The notes under the pieces: model-generated | Database searches by the model: none | The model's input: only the letters and a program-made list of their open reading frames with translations | What the model was told of the DNA's origin: nothing | From: a virus | Reading direction: 5' to 3' (one strand) | IMG/VR virus record: IMGVR_UViG_3300036770_004917 | Coordinates: 22,044-86,043 of that record | DNA length: 64,000 bases | Part shown: positions 1 to 8,693 of the stretch, piece after piece | Layout: every line of letters begins with the position of its first letter | Position numbering within the stretch: the first letter of the stretch is position 1 | Position numbers and translations under genes: made by a program

Positions 1-2355
1 ATCGTCGGCCTCCATTTTCAGGAGGTTTGCCAATGTGGGCAATCCGTCTGCATCAAGAGAGTTAATATCATCATTTGGCACAATGCCGGAACGGAGACTG
101 CGCGGGAATGACTGTCCCAAAAGGTCACGTGGATTGAAGGGCTTAATTCCTTGTCGTTTATTTCTCTCGGCAATAGCACCTTCAAATCGCGTATCTGGGT
201 TTCCGCCGATTCCCGCCCTGCTGCCTTCGTTGATAATGTCATCAAGTTCTTTGTCTGACATCTCTTCGAAGTTGATACCTAGTAGTCGCTTGACATCCAT
301 TGGGAGGTCATCTGCACGGCTGGCCCCTTGGCCTGTTGCGCCCGGACCTGTGAATGAACGAGCCGAACGAGTCGATGGCACCCTCTGGGCATCTTCGAGG
401 TTTGCCCCATCAAAATACGATTCGCCAGTATCGTCAGGGAATTTGGCATCAGTCAAATTTGCATCAGTAAAGTCGCTATCGGAAATTCGTGATTCCGTGA
501 AATCAACATTCTCCAGATTTGCTCTAATAAATTGTGTCCCCGTAAAAGATGAACGGCCAAAGCCTGCCCCTGCCAGGTTGGCATTTGTGAGGTCTGCTTC
601 GTTAAAACTTGCACCACTCACACCTTGGCCCGAGGTCTCTGATAGATTTGCTCCCGTCAGATTTGCCCTATTGAACCAAGTATTTGAGATATTGGCTCGG
701 TTGAGATTTGCTCCACTCAGATTGGCCTCAGTGAAAGTTGCACCATTAATATTCGTGCCTGACAAATCAGCATCCGTCAAGTTTGCCTTATTGAAATTTG
801 CAAAATCAAATGTTGCTTCTCTTAGGTCCGCCCCACGAAGGTTGGCCCCAGTAAATGATGCATCGTAGAGATTTGCTCCAGTGAAGTCAACAGATACGAG
901 TTCCGAATCTGACATGTCGGCACTATCAAGGTTGGCGTTTTTGAAATTTAGACCAGTCAATCGCATTCCGGACATATCTGCGCCACTGAGGTCTCGGTCA
1001 CCTTGAAGTTCTTCGAGAATCTGCTCTTCCGTTGGTGCTGCGCCCTTCCATTTTGTTGATTCCAGGCGAGAAGAACGCAGGCTGACTGATTCGCGCCTAC
1101 GTTGGTCGCGGCTTCTTAGTGTCTTGTCTGGGGCATGCTTACCACCACGCTCGTATTTGAAACCCTGCTTTTTGATGTCGTTAAGAATGCGCCCAAGGAA
1201 GTCGGGGTTCGACTCCAACTCCCGAACCCAGTTGTCGTCTACATCTTTATAGGTATAGGTTCGGCCGCCATTAAAGGTAACAATTAGTTCCTTGGCATCA
1301 TCGTCCCATGAGATTTTTTCAACAGCACGCGAACCCTCGGTGTTGATTTGAGTTTTTCCACCCTTGCCAACCCTGCTTGCACCAGCGCGACGTGCGTTCA
1401 TTATCGCCCCTCTGGCACGGGCTGGGTCGAGTGGGTTGCGGCTTGCAGTAGCGCCACTCGGTACGAATCTTGAAAGCCTTGATGAATCGTCCCCAAGAAG
1501 CACCTGAATCTGCTCACTCACGGCAGAAACGTCACTATCGGTCAGTCGACCTGCACGACGCAATTTTTCATTTTCTTCGGAACTTCCCTCAAGGAGTGAA
1601 GAAATTTTTCTGCCAAGATTTTCGGGAACCGTAAAACGTGGGATGATGGGACGCTCTAGGGGCGTGCTCTCGAATACGATTCCATCTTTGTCGGCGTCAA
1701 TTCGGCCAGTTACGTCAATGAACACCAAACCGGCTGGGGCGGCACGAAGTCCACCACCAAGGCGGCTTCCGAGACGCTGGCCCAATTTTTTGACCTCAAT
1801 AAGACCACCAGTAATATCTCTATTTTTGATGAGAGACTTATGGGCGACATCGTTCATGCCAACAACCCGCTGTGCTCCCCTGGAGATTGTGGCATCAACC
1901 TTCGCTTGCATGTGTCGCGAGGAAATACCGTCAATACGCGAACGTACTAAGCCTGTTTTGGGATTAAAACCAATTGCTCCGCTGCGCAGCATGGCTGCGA
2001 ATGAATAGGAGCCAGAGTCCGATTTAAATGCTAGCGCCTTGAAAGATACGGCATTTTGTCGGCCACCCAAACCAAATGCGCGTAATTGAAAGTCGCGAGC
2101 AGATGGGGTAACGGACCACGCATTAGTGCGATGCGACTCAACGTAGGAGCGCTTTCCTGGAGTAAATGATGCTCCACTAATAACTGCATCAAGCAGGCCC
2201 TTGACAAATGTGGGGCTATCATTTCGCAGGGCTGTTGGTGTTGACTGGATGATTCCAGAAGGTAGAACTTGCTCTAGCGATTTATGTTCCTGAGAGTTTG
2301 CCCAATTCGCCCACTCCTCCGCCTTTCGGTGTGCTCCGTGGGCGGAAAACGTCAT
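1..2355 (-). CDS. Giant multi-domain head-operon protein, partial (3' end runs off the window); shared N-terminal module, KTSC-like domain, pentapeptide repeats
   Basis: Absent from the ORF track because it has no stop in the window. Manual translation from ATG 2355 (AAGGA upstream) is open to base 1: MTFSAHGAHRK...IEVKKLGQRLGSRLGGGLRAAPAGLVFIDVTGRIDADKDGIVFESTPLERPIIPRF...VEKISWDDDAKELIVTFNGGRTYTYKDV (KTSC-like, ~1200-1340)...ANLRGADLREATFDFANFNKANLTDADLSG (pentapeptide repeats, ~385-995). Confidence 0.85.
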   Translation of the reverse strand, partial: MTFSAHGAHRKAEEWANWANSQEHKSLEQVLPSGIIQSTPTALRNDSPTFVKGLLDAVISGASFTPGKRSYVESHRTNAWSVTPSARDFQLRAFGLGGRQNAVSFKALAFKSDSGSYSFAAMLRSGAIGFNPKTGLVRSRIDGISSRHMQAKVDATISRGAQRVVGMNDVAHKSLIKNRDITGGLIEVKKLGQRLGSRLGGGLRAAPAGLVFIDVTGRIDADKDGIVFESTPLERPIIPRFTVPENLGRKISSLLEGSSEENEKLRRAGRLTDSDVSAVSEQIQVLLGDDSSRLSRFVPSGATASRNPLDPARARGAIMNARRAGASRVGKGGKTQINTEGSRAVEKISWDDDAKELIVTFNGGRTYTYKDVDDNWVRELESNPDFLGRILNDIKKQGFKYERGGKHAPDKTLRSRDQRRRESVSLRSSRLESTKWKGAAPTEEQILEELQGDRDLSGADMSGMRLTGLNFKNANLDSADMSDSELVSVDFTGANLYDASFTGANLRGADLREATFDFANFNKANLTDADLSGTNINGATFTEANLSGANLNRANISNTWFNRANLTGANLSETSGQGVSGASFNEADLTNANLAGAGFGRSSFTGTQFIRANLENVDFTESRISDSDFTDANLTDAKFPDDTGESYFDGANLEDAQRVPSTRSARSFTGPGATGQGASRADDLPMDVKRLLGINFEEMSDKELDDIINEGSRAGIGGNPDTRFEGAIAERNKRQGIKPFNPRDLLGQSFPRSLRSGIVPNDDINSLDADGLPTLANLLKMEADD

Positions 2356-2420
2356 TCCGTCCTTGACGACAATTCCATAGGTAGAATTATCGCTTGCGTC
2401 CGTCAGGATGACATATTGCT

Positions 2421-4457
2421 TCACTTGTTACCTCCAAGAATTGCGACCAGAATGTCTTGTTGCCGCTCGAGAGTGTCCAGCCGTTGCTTTGAAATTGCTG
2501 AAATAATGTCGAGGTGCGATGTTTCTGCTTCGCTAAGACGCCCATCTCTTTGTAGGCGTTGTTTATAGTTTACAAAGTTGAATGCTCGCGCCCGTGTAAG
2601 TAATCGTTTAATTTCTTCCAAAAATATACGGCGCTGCTGCGCCTTCAACTCTTTGAAGTACTGTCCGTATACCCCAGTATTGGAGAGGCTGCCCATCTCG
2701 GCGACGGCATTTTTTTGTCTATCTACAATACTAATTTTTGACAATTCAGTTAATTCTGATGCAAGGTCAGACGTAACTGGAGTATTTTCGTCAGCATTTT
2801 TAAAGACATCAATTGTTGCTGGATTCCTGTTATTGGTTCCATTAACAAAGTCGGACACGAGTAGCGCCGCCATCTTTTTTGGCGATGCTTCGTTCAGGAG
2901 TACGTCCTTGTTGGCGTCACGACCCTGGAAAACATTCTGAACCGAGTCAACGATATACGGAGAGCGTTTTCCGCTGCGAATCTGATAAACATCCGGTGAC
3001 TCAACTCCAAGGTGTTGCTGGAAGTCTGAGGCAAATGAATCATCCAGGTGACTGAAGTCGGAGCGACCCTGCCGCAGCAAATAGGATTTGCCATTAGCAC
3101 CAACTAGTCGTTCAAGTCCATTGCCTAGATTGCGTCGCTTAAAGGTGTTGTTTTCCGACAAGACTTGCTGAAGTATCTCGGGCGCAATCTTGGCTAGCGA
3201 ACCACCGGCTGCGATATGAGTAAGCGCCTCTGATATTGAAGTAATTTTGTCTGATATTTCCGCGACTGATGAACTGTCTCGCGATTCAAGGAGTTCCGTT
3301 GTTGGTTTCTTTGACAGTAGTTCTTTGACCCAGCGTTCTGTTTGGCGTCCATTTTTTTCACGAATCAATTCGTGTGGGCGGACGATTCCTACGAATTTTT
3401 CAGAGTACTTAATGCCATCACCAGTTTCCTCAACCACCTTCTGAAGCCGTGCGGATGGGTTGGTGCTGTTGTCTATTGATGCCGCCATATTGACTGTACG
3501 GCCCAGTTTGCGGCGTTCGCCAACGGTGAGTGGCCGTACCTTTTCTAGGCTTATTACTGAACCGCCAGGAAGAACCCAGGACACATTTGTCACGCCAGTA
3601 TTGGACAGTAACCCGAGTTCATCCTGACCGATGGATGGAACATCATTGATGCGCAGCAGATACGTTGCGCCCTCCATGTCTCTGTTGTCGGGAATTGCCC
3701 TCAATATCTTGGGACTTACCACTGGTTCAAGAACAAATCCATCGCGCCTCACTAGGCGTGCTGCATTGATATCTGGTGCGCCCATCTCCCTGGCTAGGCG
3801 CTCCACTTCGGCGAGTCGGGCAATGGGATTTGCATCAGAAACTCTTGGAATCTGTGGTCTGCGGGAATCGATGATTGAGTCGCCATACTCACCAGCGCCG
3901 AGGGGATTGCCCTCTAGTGACTGGGCGATGGCCCGCTCTCCACGCCTGACCGCCCGCGCAATTGCGGCGATTGCACGCCCCAGTGGTCCGGGGAGGTCAA
4001 ACAACTTCTGACCACACGTAGATAGTTCATTATCAGTGAAGCGCCCACCGTACTGATACCCTTCTGGGCACCGTGCCGTCCTATCTCGGGTGCTCATTCT
4101 GCCACGGCCGCCACCAGGAAGCCCTGGGGTCAGTGCGGTGAAGATTCCGGAACGAACTGGGCTCCTGAGTGGTGAAATATCACCCGGCAGCGCATATGAG
4201 CCCGCTGCTTGTAGTGTTTGGCCAATTCGGCCAGTAGAACCAATGAGGCCAACACGCTTTACGTTGTAAGAGTCACGCAGCCCACCAACATGGCAGAGGG
4301 CCTTGAATGAAACAACATTGGGGGTTGACGCTGCGGAGCCGTAAAAAATAGAACCTGCAGCCAAGGATTTCGAATTGTGGTCCAATATGACACGACGAAC
4401 GAGAACCTGGCTATTAGGGCAGCACTTGCTCGGCTTTGTCATGTCAATTGTCTTCAT
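2421..4457 (-). CDS. Head-operon protein with RCP-x-G motif and a C-terminal degenerate HipA/PI3-4-kinase-like domain
   Basis: ATG 4457 overlaps the upstream TGA (ATGA). Contains RCPEGYQYGGRFTDNELSTC. The segment GKSYLLR...ASDFQQHLGVESPDV...LLVSDFVNGTNNRNPATI resembles the D-x-x-x-G-N-x-D-R-H-x-x-N kinase motif with catalytic substitutions. Confidence 0.6.
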   Translation of the reverse strand: MKTIDMTKPSKCCPNSQVLVRRVILDHNSKSLAAGSIFYGSAASTPNVVSFKALCHVGGLRDSYNVKRVGLIGSTGRIGQTLQAAGSYALPGDISPLRSPVRSGIFTALTPGLPGGGRGRMSTRDRTARCPEGYQYGGRFTDNELSTCGQKLFDLPGPLGRAIAAIARAVRRGERAIAQSLEGNPLGAGEYGDSIIDSRRPQIPRVSDANPIARLAEVERLAREMGAPDINAARLVRRDGFVLEPVVSPKILRAIPDNRDMEGATYLLRINDVPSIGQDELGLLSNTGVTNVSWVLPGGSVISLEKVRPLTVGERRKLGRTVNMAASIDNSTNPSARLQKVVEETGDGIKYSEKFVGIVRPHELIREKNGRQTERWVKELLSKKPTTELLESRDSSSVAEISDKITSISEALTHIAAGGSLAKIAPEILQQVLSENNTFKRRNLGNGLERLVGANGKSYLLRQGRSDFSHLDDSFASDFQQHLGVESPDVYQIRSGKRSPYIVDSVQNVFQGRDANKDVLLNEASPKKMAALLVSDFVNGTNNRNPATIDVFKNADENTPVTSDLASELTELSKISIVDRQKNAVAEMGSLSNTGVYGQYFKELKAQQRRIFLEEIKRLLTRARAFNFVNYKQRLQRDGRLSEAETSHLDIISAISKQRLDTLERQQDILVAILGGNK

Positions 4458-5089
4458 TTGTCGCATCCACAGTCTTCATCAAAAGGTGCATCCATGACGA
4501 TGCTTTTGCCCATCATGTCATCGCCTTCAATTTCCCAGTTGGCGTCATCGCGCAGGTACTTGCAGAACTCCATTTCCATGTCGGCAAAATCTCGCAGAAC
4601 CAGAAATGCATGCTTTATGTCATCCTGTGTCACAACGTAGTTTTCCTCAACGTCCATCATGTCTTGTTTGATATTGAGGAATTCTGAGAAATAAAAGTCT
4701 TCGCTGAGCGACTTCTTGCCACCGAAGCGAGAATTCATTCGTTTTTTCCAGTCGGCATCTGACCAAATTGAGCCATTGACGACATTCTTCAGTTTACGAC
4801 GACAGTTCTTCATGCCGGGGTGATGACAGCCCTCATTCGGCCACAAACCAGTAGTTTCGTGATGGAGCCAAGCGCAGATATTATTCAGTGGGTACAACTC
4901 TGGGTGGTCGGCAAGAATGACCTTGCAGCGTCTAAATCCACCAGGCTTGCGCATAATTGGACGCCAGTATCGTAGTAGGCGTTCGAGGTTTCCGCGACGT
5001 GGGCCTCGGCCCTTAAGGATGTCTCCGGTAATTCGTTCTTGCGGTAAGTCTAGAATTACGTCCTGTGGCGCCTTGTAGTTGTACTTCAT
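4454..5089 (-). CDS. Phage head-region protein (LRYW...PGGFxRC...CAxLH...TGxWP motif)
   Basis: 211-aa ORF. The Cys/His motif resembles a module I recall from actinophage head regions; function unknown. Confidence 0.6.
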   Translation of the reverse strand: MKYNYKAPQDVILDLPQERITGDILKGRGPRRGNLERLLRYWRPIMRKPGGFRRCKVILADHPELYPLNNICAWLHHETTGLWPNEGCHHPGMKNCRRKLKNVVNGSIWSDADWKKRMNSRFGGKKSLSEDFYFSEFLNIKQDMMDVEENYVVTQDDIKHAFLVLRDFADMEMEFCKYLRDDANWEIEGDDMMGKSIVMDAPFDEDCGCDK

Positions 5090-5100
5090 TATTTCCTACT

Positions 5101-5442
5101 TTAATCCTGAATGTTTTGGAACATGGTTTTTAGAATCAACTTACCATTGGATGTTTCCCAGAATAGGCCATGTACAGATGGCGGCAGTCGTAAAACATTA
5201 TACTGCAAATAAATGTAGGGAATGAGGTCCCCCTCGAATAGTCGTAGAGACCCATTTGTCATAAGTGATTCTGTGTCGTCGTACGTCATTCGTCTATCTG
5301 CGTATGGGTCTTGTCCTGTTAGTAACTTTCGCACAAATCCAACACATTGGTCAGCGGTATATTTTGAAGTTCCTAATTGTGGGCCGGAATCTCCAAAAAA
5401 ATCATTTATTTGTTTTTTGTATTTTTCATCAGTCATTTTCAT
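5101..5442 (-). CDS. Hypothetical protein, translationally coupled to the 1084-aa zincin protein
   Basis: 113-aa ORF with an ATGA overlap with the upstream stop. Confidence 0.6.
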   Translation of the reverse strand: MKMTDEKYKKQINDFFGDSGPQLGTSKYTADQCVGFVRKLLTGQDPYADRRMTYDDTESLMTNGSLRLFEGDLIPYIYLQYNVLRLPPSVHGLFWETSNGKLILKTMFQNIQD

Positions 5443-8400
5443 GGATTGAAAGCCTCACTCATTCTGTCTGATGGCAACCGACCAGAGAAGACCCACTGCA
5501 TCAATTTATTAAGCACCTGAAGTTCTTCGTTGGTGAGTTCCCGCGTAATGAGGCCGGAATCAGCAATCTGCGAGAATGGTATGCCCATAAAGTCGGCGAC
5601 AGCGGACTCGGCTACAAATTCACCAATTGACCATTTTGTACTGCCCAGCCATGTGGTTGGGTCCGTCAGGGTCGCCTGGTACGACGAATATCCCTGTGCT
5701 GGAAGTGAACTAAGTCCAGTGCCCCCTGCGCTGGATTGGACCCCAGCCGGAAGACCTATCTTTCTGGCAATATCATTTATTATTTTAATTTCTGATTGAT
5801 TTAGTGGCGACAGTTCAGTTCTTCCCGTTTTGGGCATAATTTCAAAATTTTCCCATAAACGGCTTGACATAGTGCCTGAATTAATTGCATTAGCAACTGC
5901 AGATAAACTGTCATCTATTCCTGTAAACAATTTTTCGAGAACATCATCAATGGGCATTTCCATAAATTCTGAAAGTGAAATGTCGCCAAAACTACTCGGT
6001 AGGTCAACGGCATCGGGCTCGGAACGGCTCGACATTGCCTGTTCAATATTTTGAACTCCCATTTGTAGTTGTTTTTCTGTTTCGCGGACGAGTGACGAGA
6101 CCCCAATCAGTGCATCAATTAGTGGCTTAACATCTTCCGGTCGCCCACCGCCCATAACGTTTCCATCATCTCCCTTGATGTCGGGGAAACCAAGAGTTGA
6201 CAAAACAATCGCAGGCGATACCTTTCCTAGGGTTAGGCTGTCACTGCCATCTGATTCAAACATTCTGATTCCGCGCATTATGTTGCGGCGAGCACTTTGT
6301 TCTCTTTTTTGAATTGCTGGATTGATGAGAAGTGATGCAATAGCGGGCGTTATTGAGTCACCTGCCTTGAATTCAAGAATACTGTCCAGTCCGAGTATTC
6401 CAGATACTTCAGGAATGCTTGCCTGCATTTTATTTAGCAAATCCGCCATATAGCCGTTCAATGCAACGGGTTTGTCACCCATGAAAATTGGTTGACCAAG
6501 CCACGACTCCATTTGTTGAATAAATTGTTCAACCATTTCGGCTTTTGCCTGTTTTACCAAATCATCAAAATTGCTTTTGCCAATAGAATCTGGATTCTTG
6601 GCCATAAAACCCGCGACACTAAATGGCCCAATTGCCCCCATTGCCCGAGCAGCGTCATATCTACCGACTCCTGGCGGCTGCATCTTTATTATTTCTATTG
6701 CTGATGTGATAGTTGATGTTAGGCCAACCAAAGACTCTGATGTTCCGTTTAACTTTTGAAAATCAGGAATCAATCTCCCTGCTGTACCTCCTGTAGTCAG
6801 CATGAGAATGTCGCGCCTCAGTAGTTCAGGGCTATTTTGTGCGTATTCTCGTATTTCGTCCTTGAAAACATCTGTATAAAATGCCTCGATAGGTAGTTGC
6901 TTCTGCAACTCCTTAAATGTTTCTGGAGTAAGTCCTGCCTCTTTTTGCCTGTCTATATACCTTTGAAGGTATTCGTCGCGAAGTTTTTGTGCTTTTTTGC
7001 GATTACTTTCCAATATTCTCAGGAAATGCAAACCATGTGCCGACTCGTGAACTCCAACCAACTTGGAGTTCACTGTCAGCCATTTGTCCAGTAGTTCTTC
7101 GCCATTGGCGAGATGCATTTTTAGTCCTGGAGAGTTAAGAGAGTTTTGGTACGCCTCTCTTGTTTTGCGTAGCGATTTCAGAATATCCGCAATACTGCCT
7201 TGCTGAATTGCTCTTAATGTTCGTGAAACAAGTAGGTCTTTATCAAATGAAGAGTCAACTTGTGCGATTGCATCAGCGGAATTGTTGACCACATTCCATA
7301 TTGTCTGCAGCAAATCCTGTCCAAGTGCCGAAGATGGAACTTGTGATTCCGCTCCGATTAAATTATTCCCCTGAAGTAGTTGGTTTATGATTTCAGACAT
7401 CGACGCAATTCCAGGTTCAATATCCAATCCATATTTGTATTGGAGCGCGTTCATTATTTTTGACTTATCCGGCATTTCATTCAAGTCATCTCTTAGTGCT
7501 TTGCTTATGGCATATGAAAGTGCAGTAAAGTTGCGCTTATCTTGCTTCATCAGTAGTCCGAGAAGGTATATACGTGAATTTTGCTTATCTGTTTCAGCCG
7601 AATAACCAATAGTCATTAATGGTTTTCTATTTTTTTTGGGTAGCAAGCGCGGTCCCTCATCGCTGAACTTTTGACTAAACTCCCAATCTTTTGCCCCCAG
7701 CGGAACAGACGTATAGCCACCTGCCCCTTGGGCGGCGATACGTGGGTCCATTGACCTCAGTCTCCACGTAACCTCGTTCCTACTGGCATCATCGCCAAAC
7801 ATCAATAAAAACTGATTAATATATGCCAGTTCCCATGGTTTCAAAGAATCACTATCCGCTTTTGAATCCAAGAATTCAATACTTGAGCGAGCCTTGTCGT
7901 TTGGACTTAGTCCGAAAGATGGGATGAGTCTTTTCAGAATATCCATTGCATCTTTGCGTGTCTTTATTTTTTTGCCGTCGTTATGACGGCGTGAAACAAT
8001 CCCGGCGACGTCATCTATCGCACTTAGCATTTCTTCGCGCGTAGCGGAACGGTCTGCTGCCTTATCGGCTCGCCTGGTGGTAATGCTCCTCAGGCTCGTA
8101 TTTGTAGAACTATCCGGCAGAAAATCAAACCCTGGTATGAATGGGCGCATTGTTGGTAGTCCATCATCCACAAAACCATCACCGTCACCATCTACTGATG
8201 GTTTTCCGCTCAGAAGTGGTCCGAGAGCCTTGAATCCGACAATACCCCTCATGTTAAAAACTGATTTCCGTGAAAGAACTGTCTTCTCCATCGGAAGCGA
8301 ACCAGTTGAAGCAATTTTTCTGCGGAACTCATCGGCACGAATTCTGTAGTCTTTTCTTTTGACTTCTTCCTCACCCAAACTCGTGATTATCTTTGCGCCA

Positions 8401-8693
8401 ACGAGCAAATCATCACCTATCGGCTGTGTTTTTTTGAGAAATATTCTGTTCCACTTGTCTCGTTCTTCTGGGGATGAGCCAGGAGACCATAGAAACTTAT
8501 GAAATTTAGAAAACTTAAGTTCTTGTATTGTCGGCGTTGTAGTAATGAAATGGAAAAACTTAACAAAATCAATTTGTCCATCCGGGGAAACGACGGCGCC
8601 ATCAAGCATCTGCTCACCATATGGCCGCAGAAGGTAATAGACCTTATTCCCTTCGTATGCCCCAACGAGAATGGCTTTTGTTTTTACAGCCAT
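5439..8693 (-). CDS. Large head-operon protein with DGDGDG motif and zincin-like metallopeptidase (HESAH)
   Basis: 1084 aa with an AAGGAG RBS. Contains FKALG...DGDGDGFVDDGLPTMRP (~8133-8192), VGVHESAHGLH (~7030-7055) and a distal GEFVAE (~5610). Confidence 0.75.
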   Translation of the reverse strand: MAVKTKAILVGAYEGNKVYYLLRPYGEQMLDGAVVSPDGQIDFVKFFHFITTTPTIQELKFSKFHKFLWSPGSSPEERDKWNRIFLKKTQPIGDDLLVGAKIITSLGEEEVKRKDYRIRADEFRRKIASTGSLPMEKTVLSRKSVFNMRGIVGFKALGPLLSGKPSVDGDGDGFVDDGLPTMRPFIPGFDFLPDSSTNTSLRSITTRRADKAADRSATREEMLSAIDDVAGIVSRRHNDGKKIKTRKDAMDILKRLIPSFGLSPNDKARSSIEFLDSKADSDSLKPWELAYINQFLLMFGDDASRNEVTWRLRSMDPRIAAQGAGGYTSVPLGAKDWEFSQKFSDEGPRLLPKKNRKPLMTIGYSAETDKQNSRIYLLGLLMKQDKRNFTALSYAISKALRDDLNEMPDKSKIMNALQYKYGLDIEPGIASMSEIINQLLQGNNLIGAESQVPSSALGQDLLQTIWNVVNNSADAIAQVDSSFDKDLLVSRTLRAIQQGSIADILKSLRKTREAYQNSLNSPGLKMHLANGEELLDKWLTVNSKLVGVHESAHGLHFLRILESNRKKAQKLRDEYLQRYIDRQKEAGLTPETFKELQKQLPIEAFYTDVFKDEIREYAQNSPELLRRDILMLTTGGTAGRLIPDFQKLNGTSESLVGLTSTITSAIEIIKMQPPGVGRYDAARAMGAIGPFSVAGFMAKNPDSIGKSNFDDLVKQAKAEMVEQFIQQMESWLGQPIFMGDKPVALNGYMADLLNKMQASIPEVSGILGLDSILEFKAGDSITPAIASLLINPAIQKREQSARRNIMRGIRMFESDGSDSLTLGKVSPAIVLSTLGFPDIKGDDGNVMGGGRPEDVKPLIDALIGVSSLVRETEKQLQMGVQNIEQAMSSRSEPDAVDLPSSFGDISLSEFMEMPIDDVLEKLFTGIDDSLSAVANAINSGTMSSRLWENFEIMPKTGRTELSPLNQSEIKIINDIARKIGLPAGVQSSAGGTGLSSLPAQGYSSYQATLTDPTTWLGSTKWSIGEFVAESAVADFMGIPFSQIADSGLITRELTNEELQVLNKLMQWVFSGRLPSDRMSEAFNP

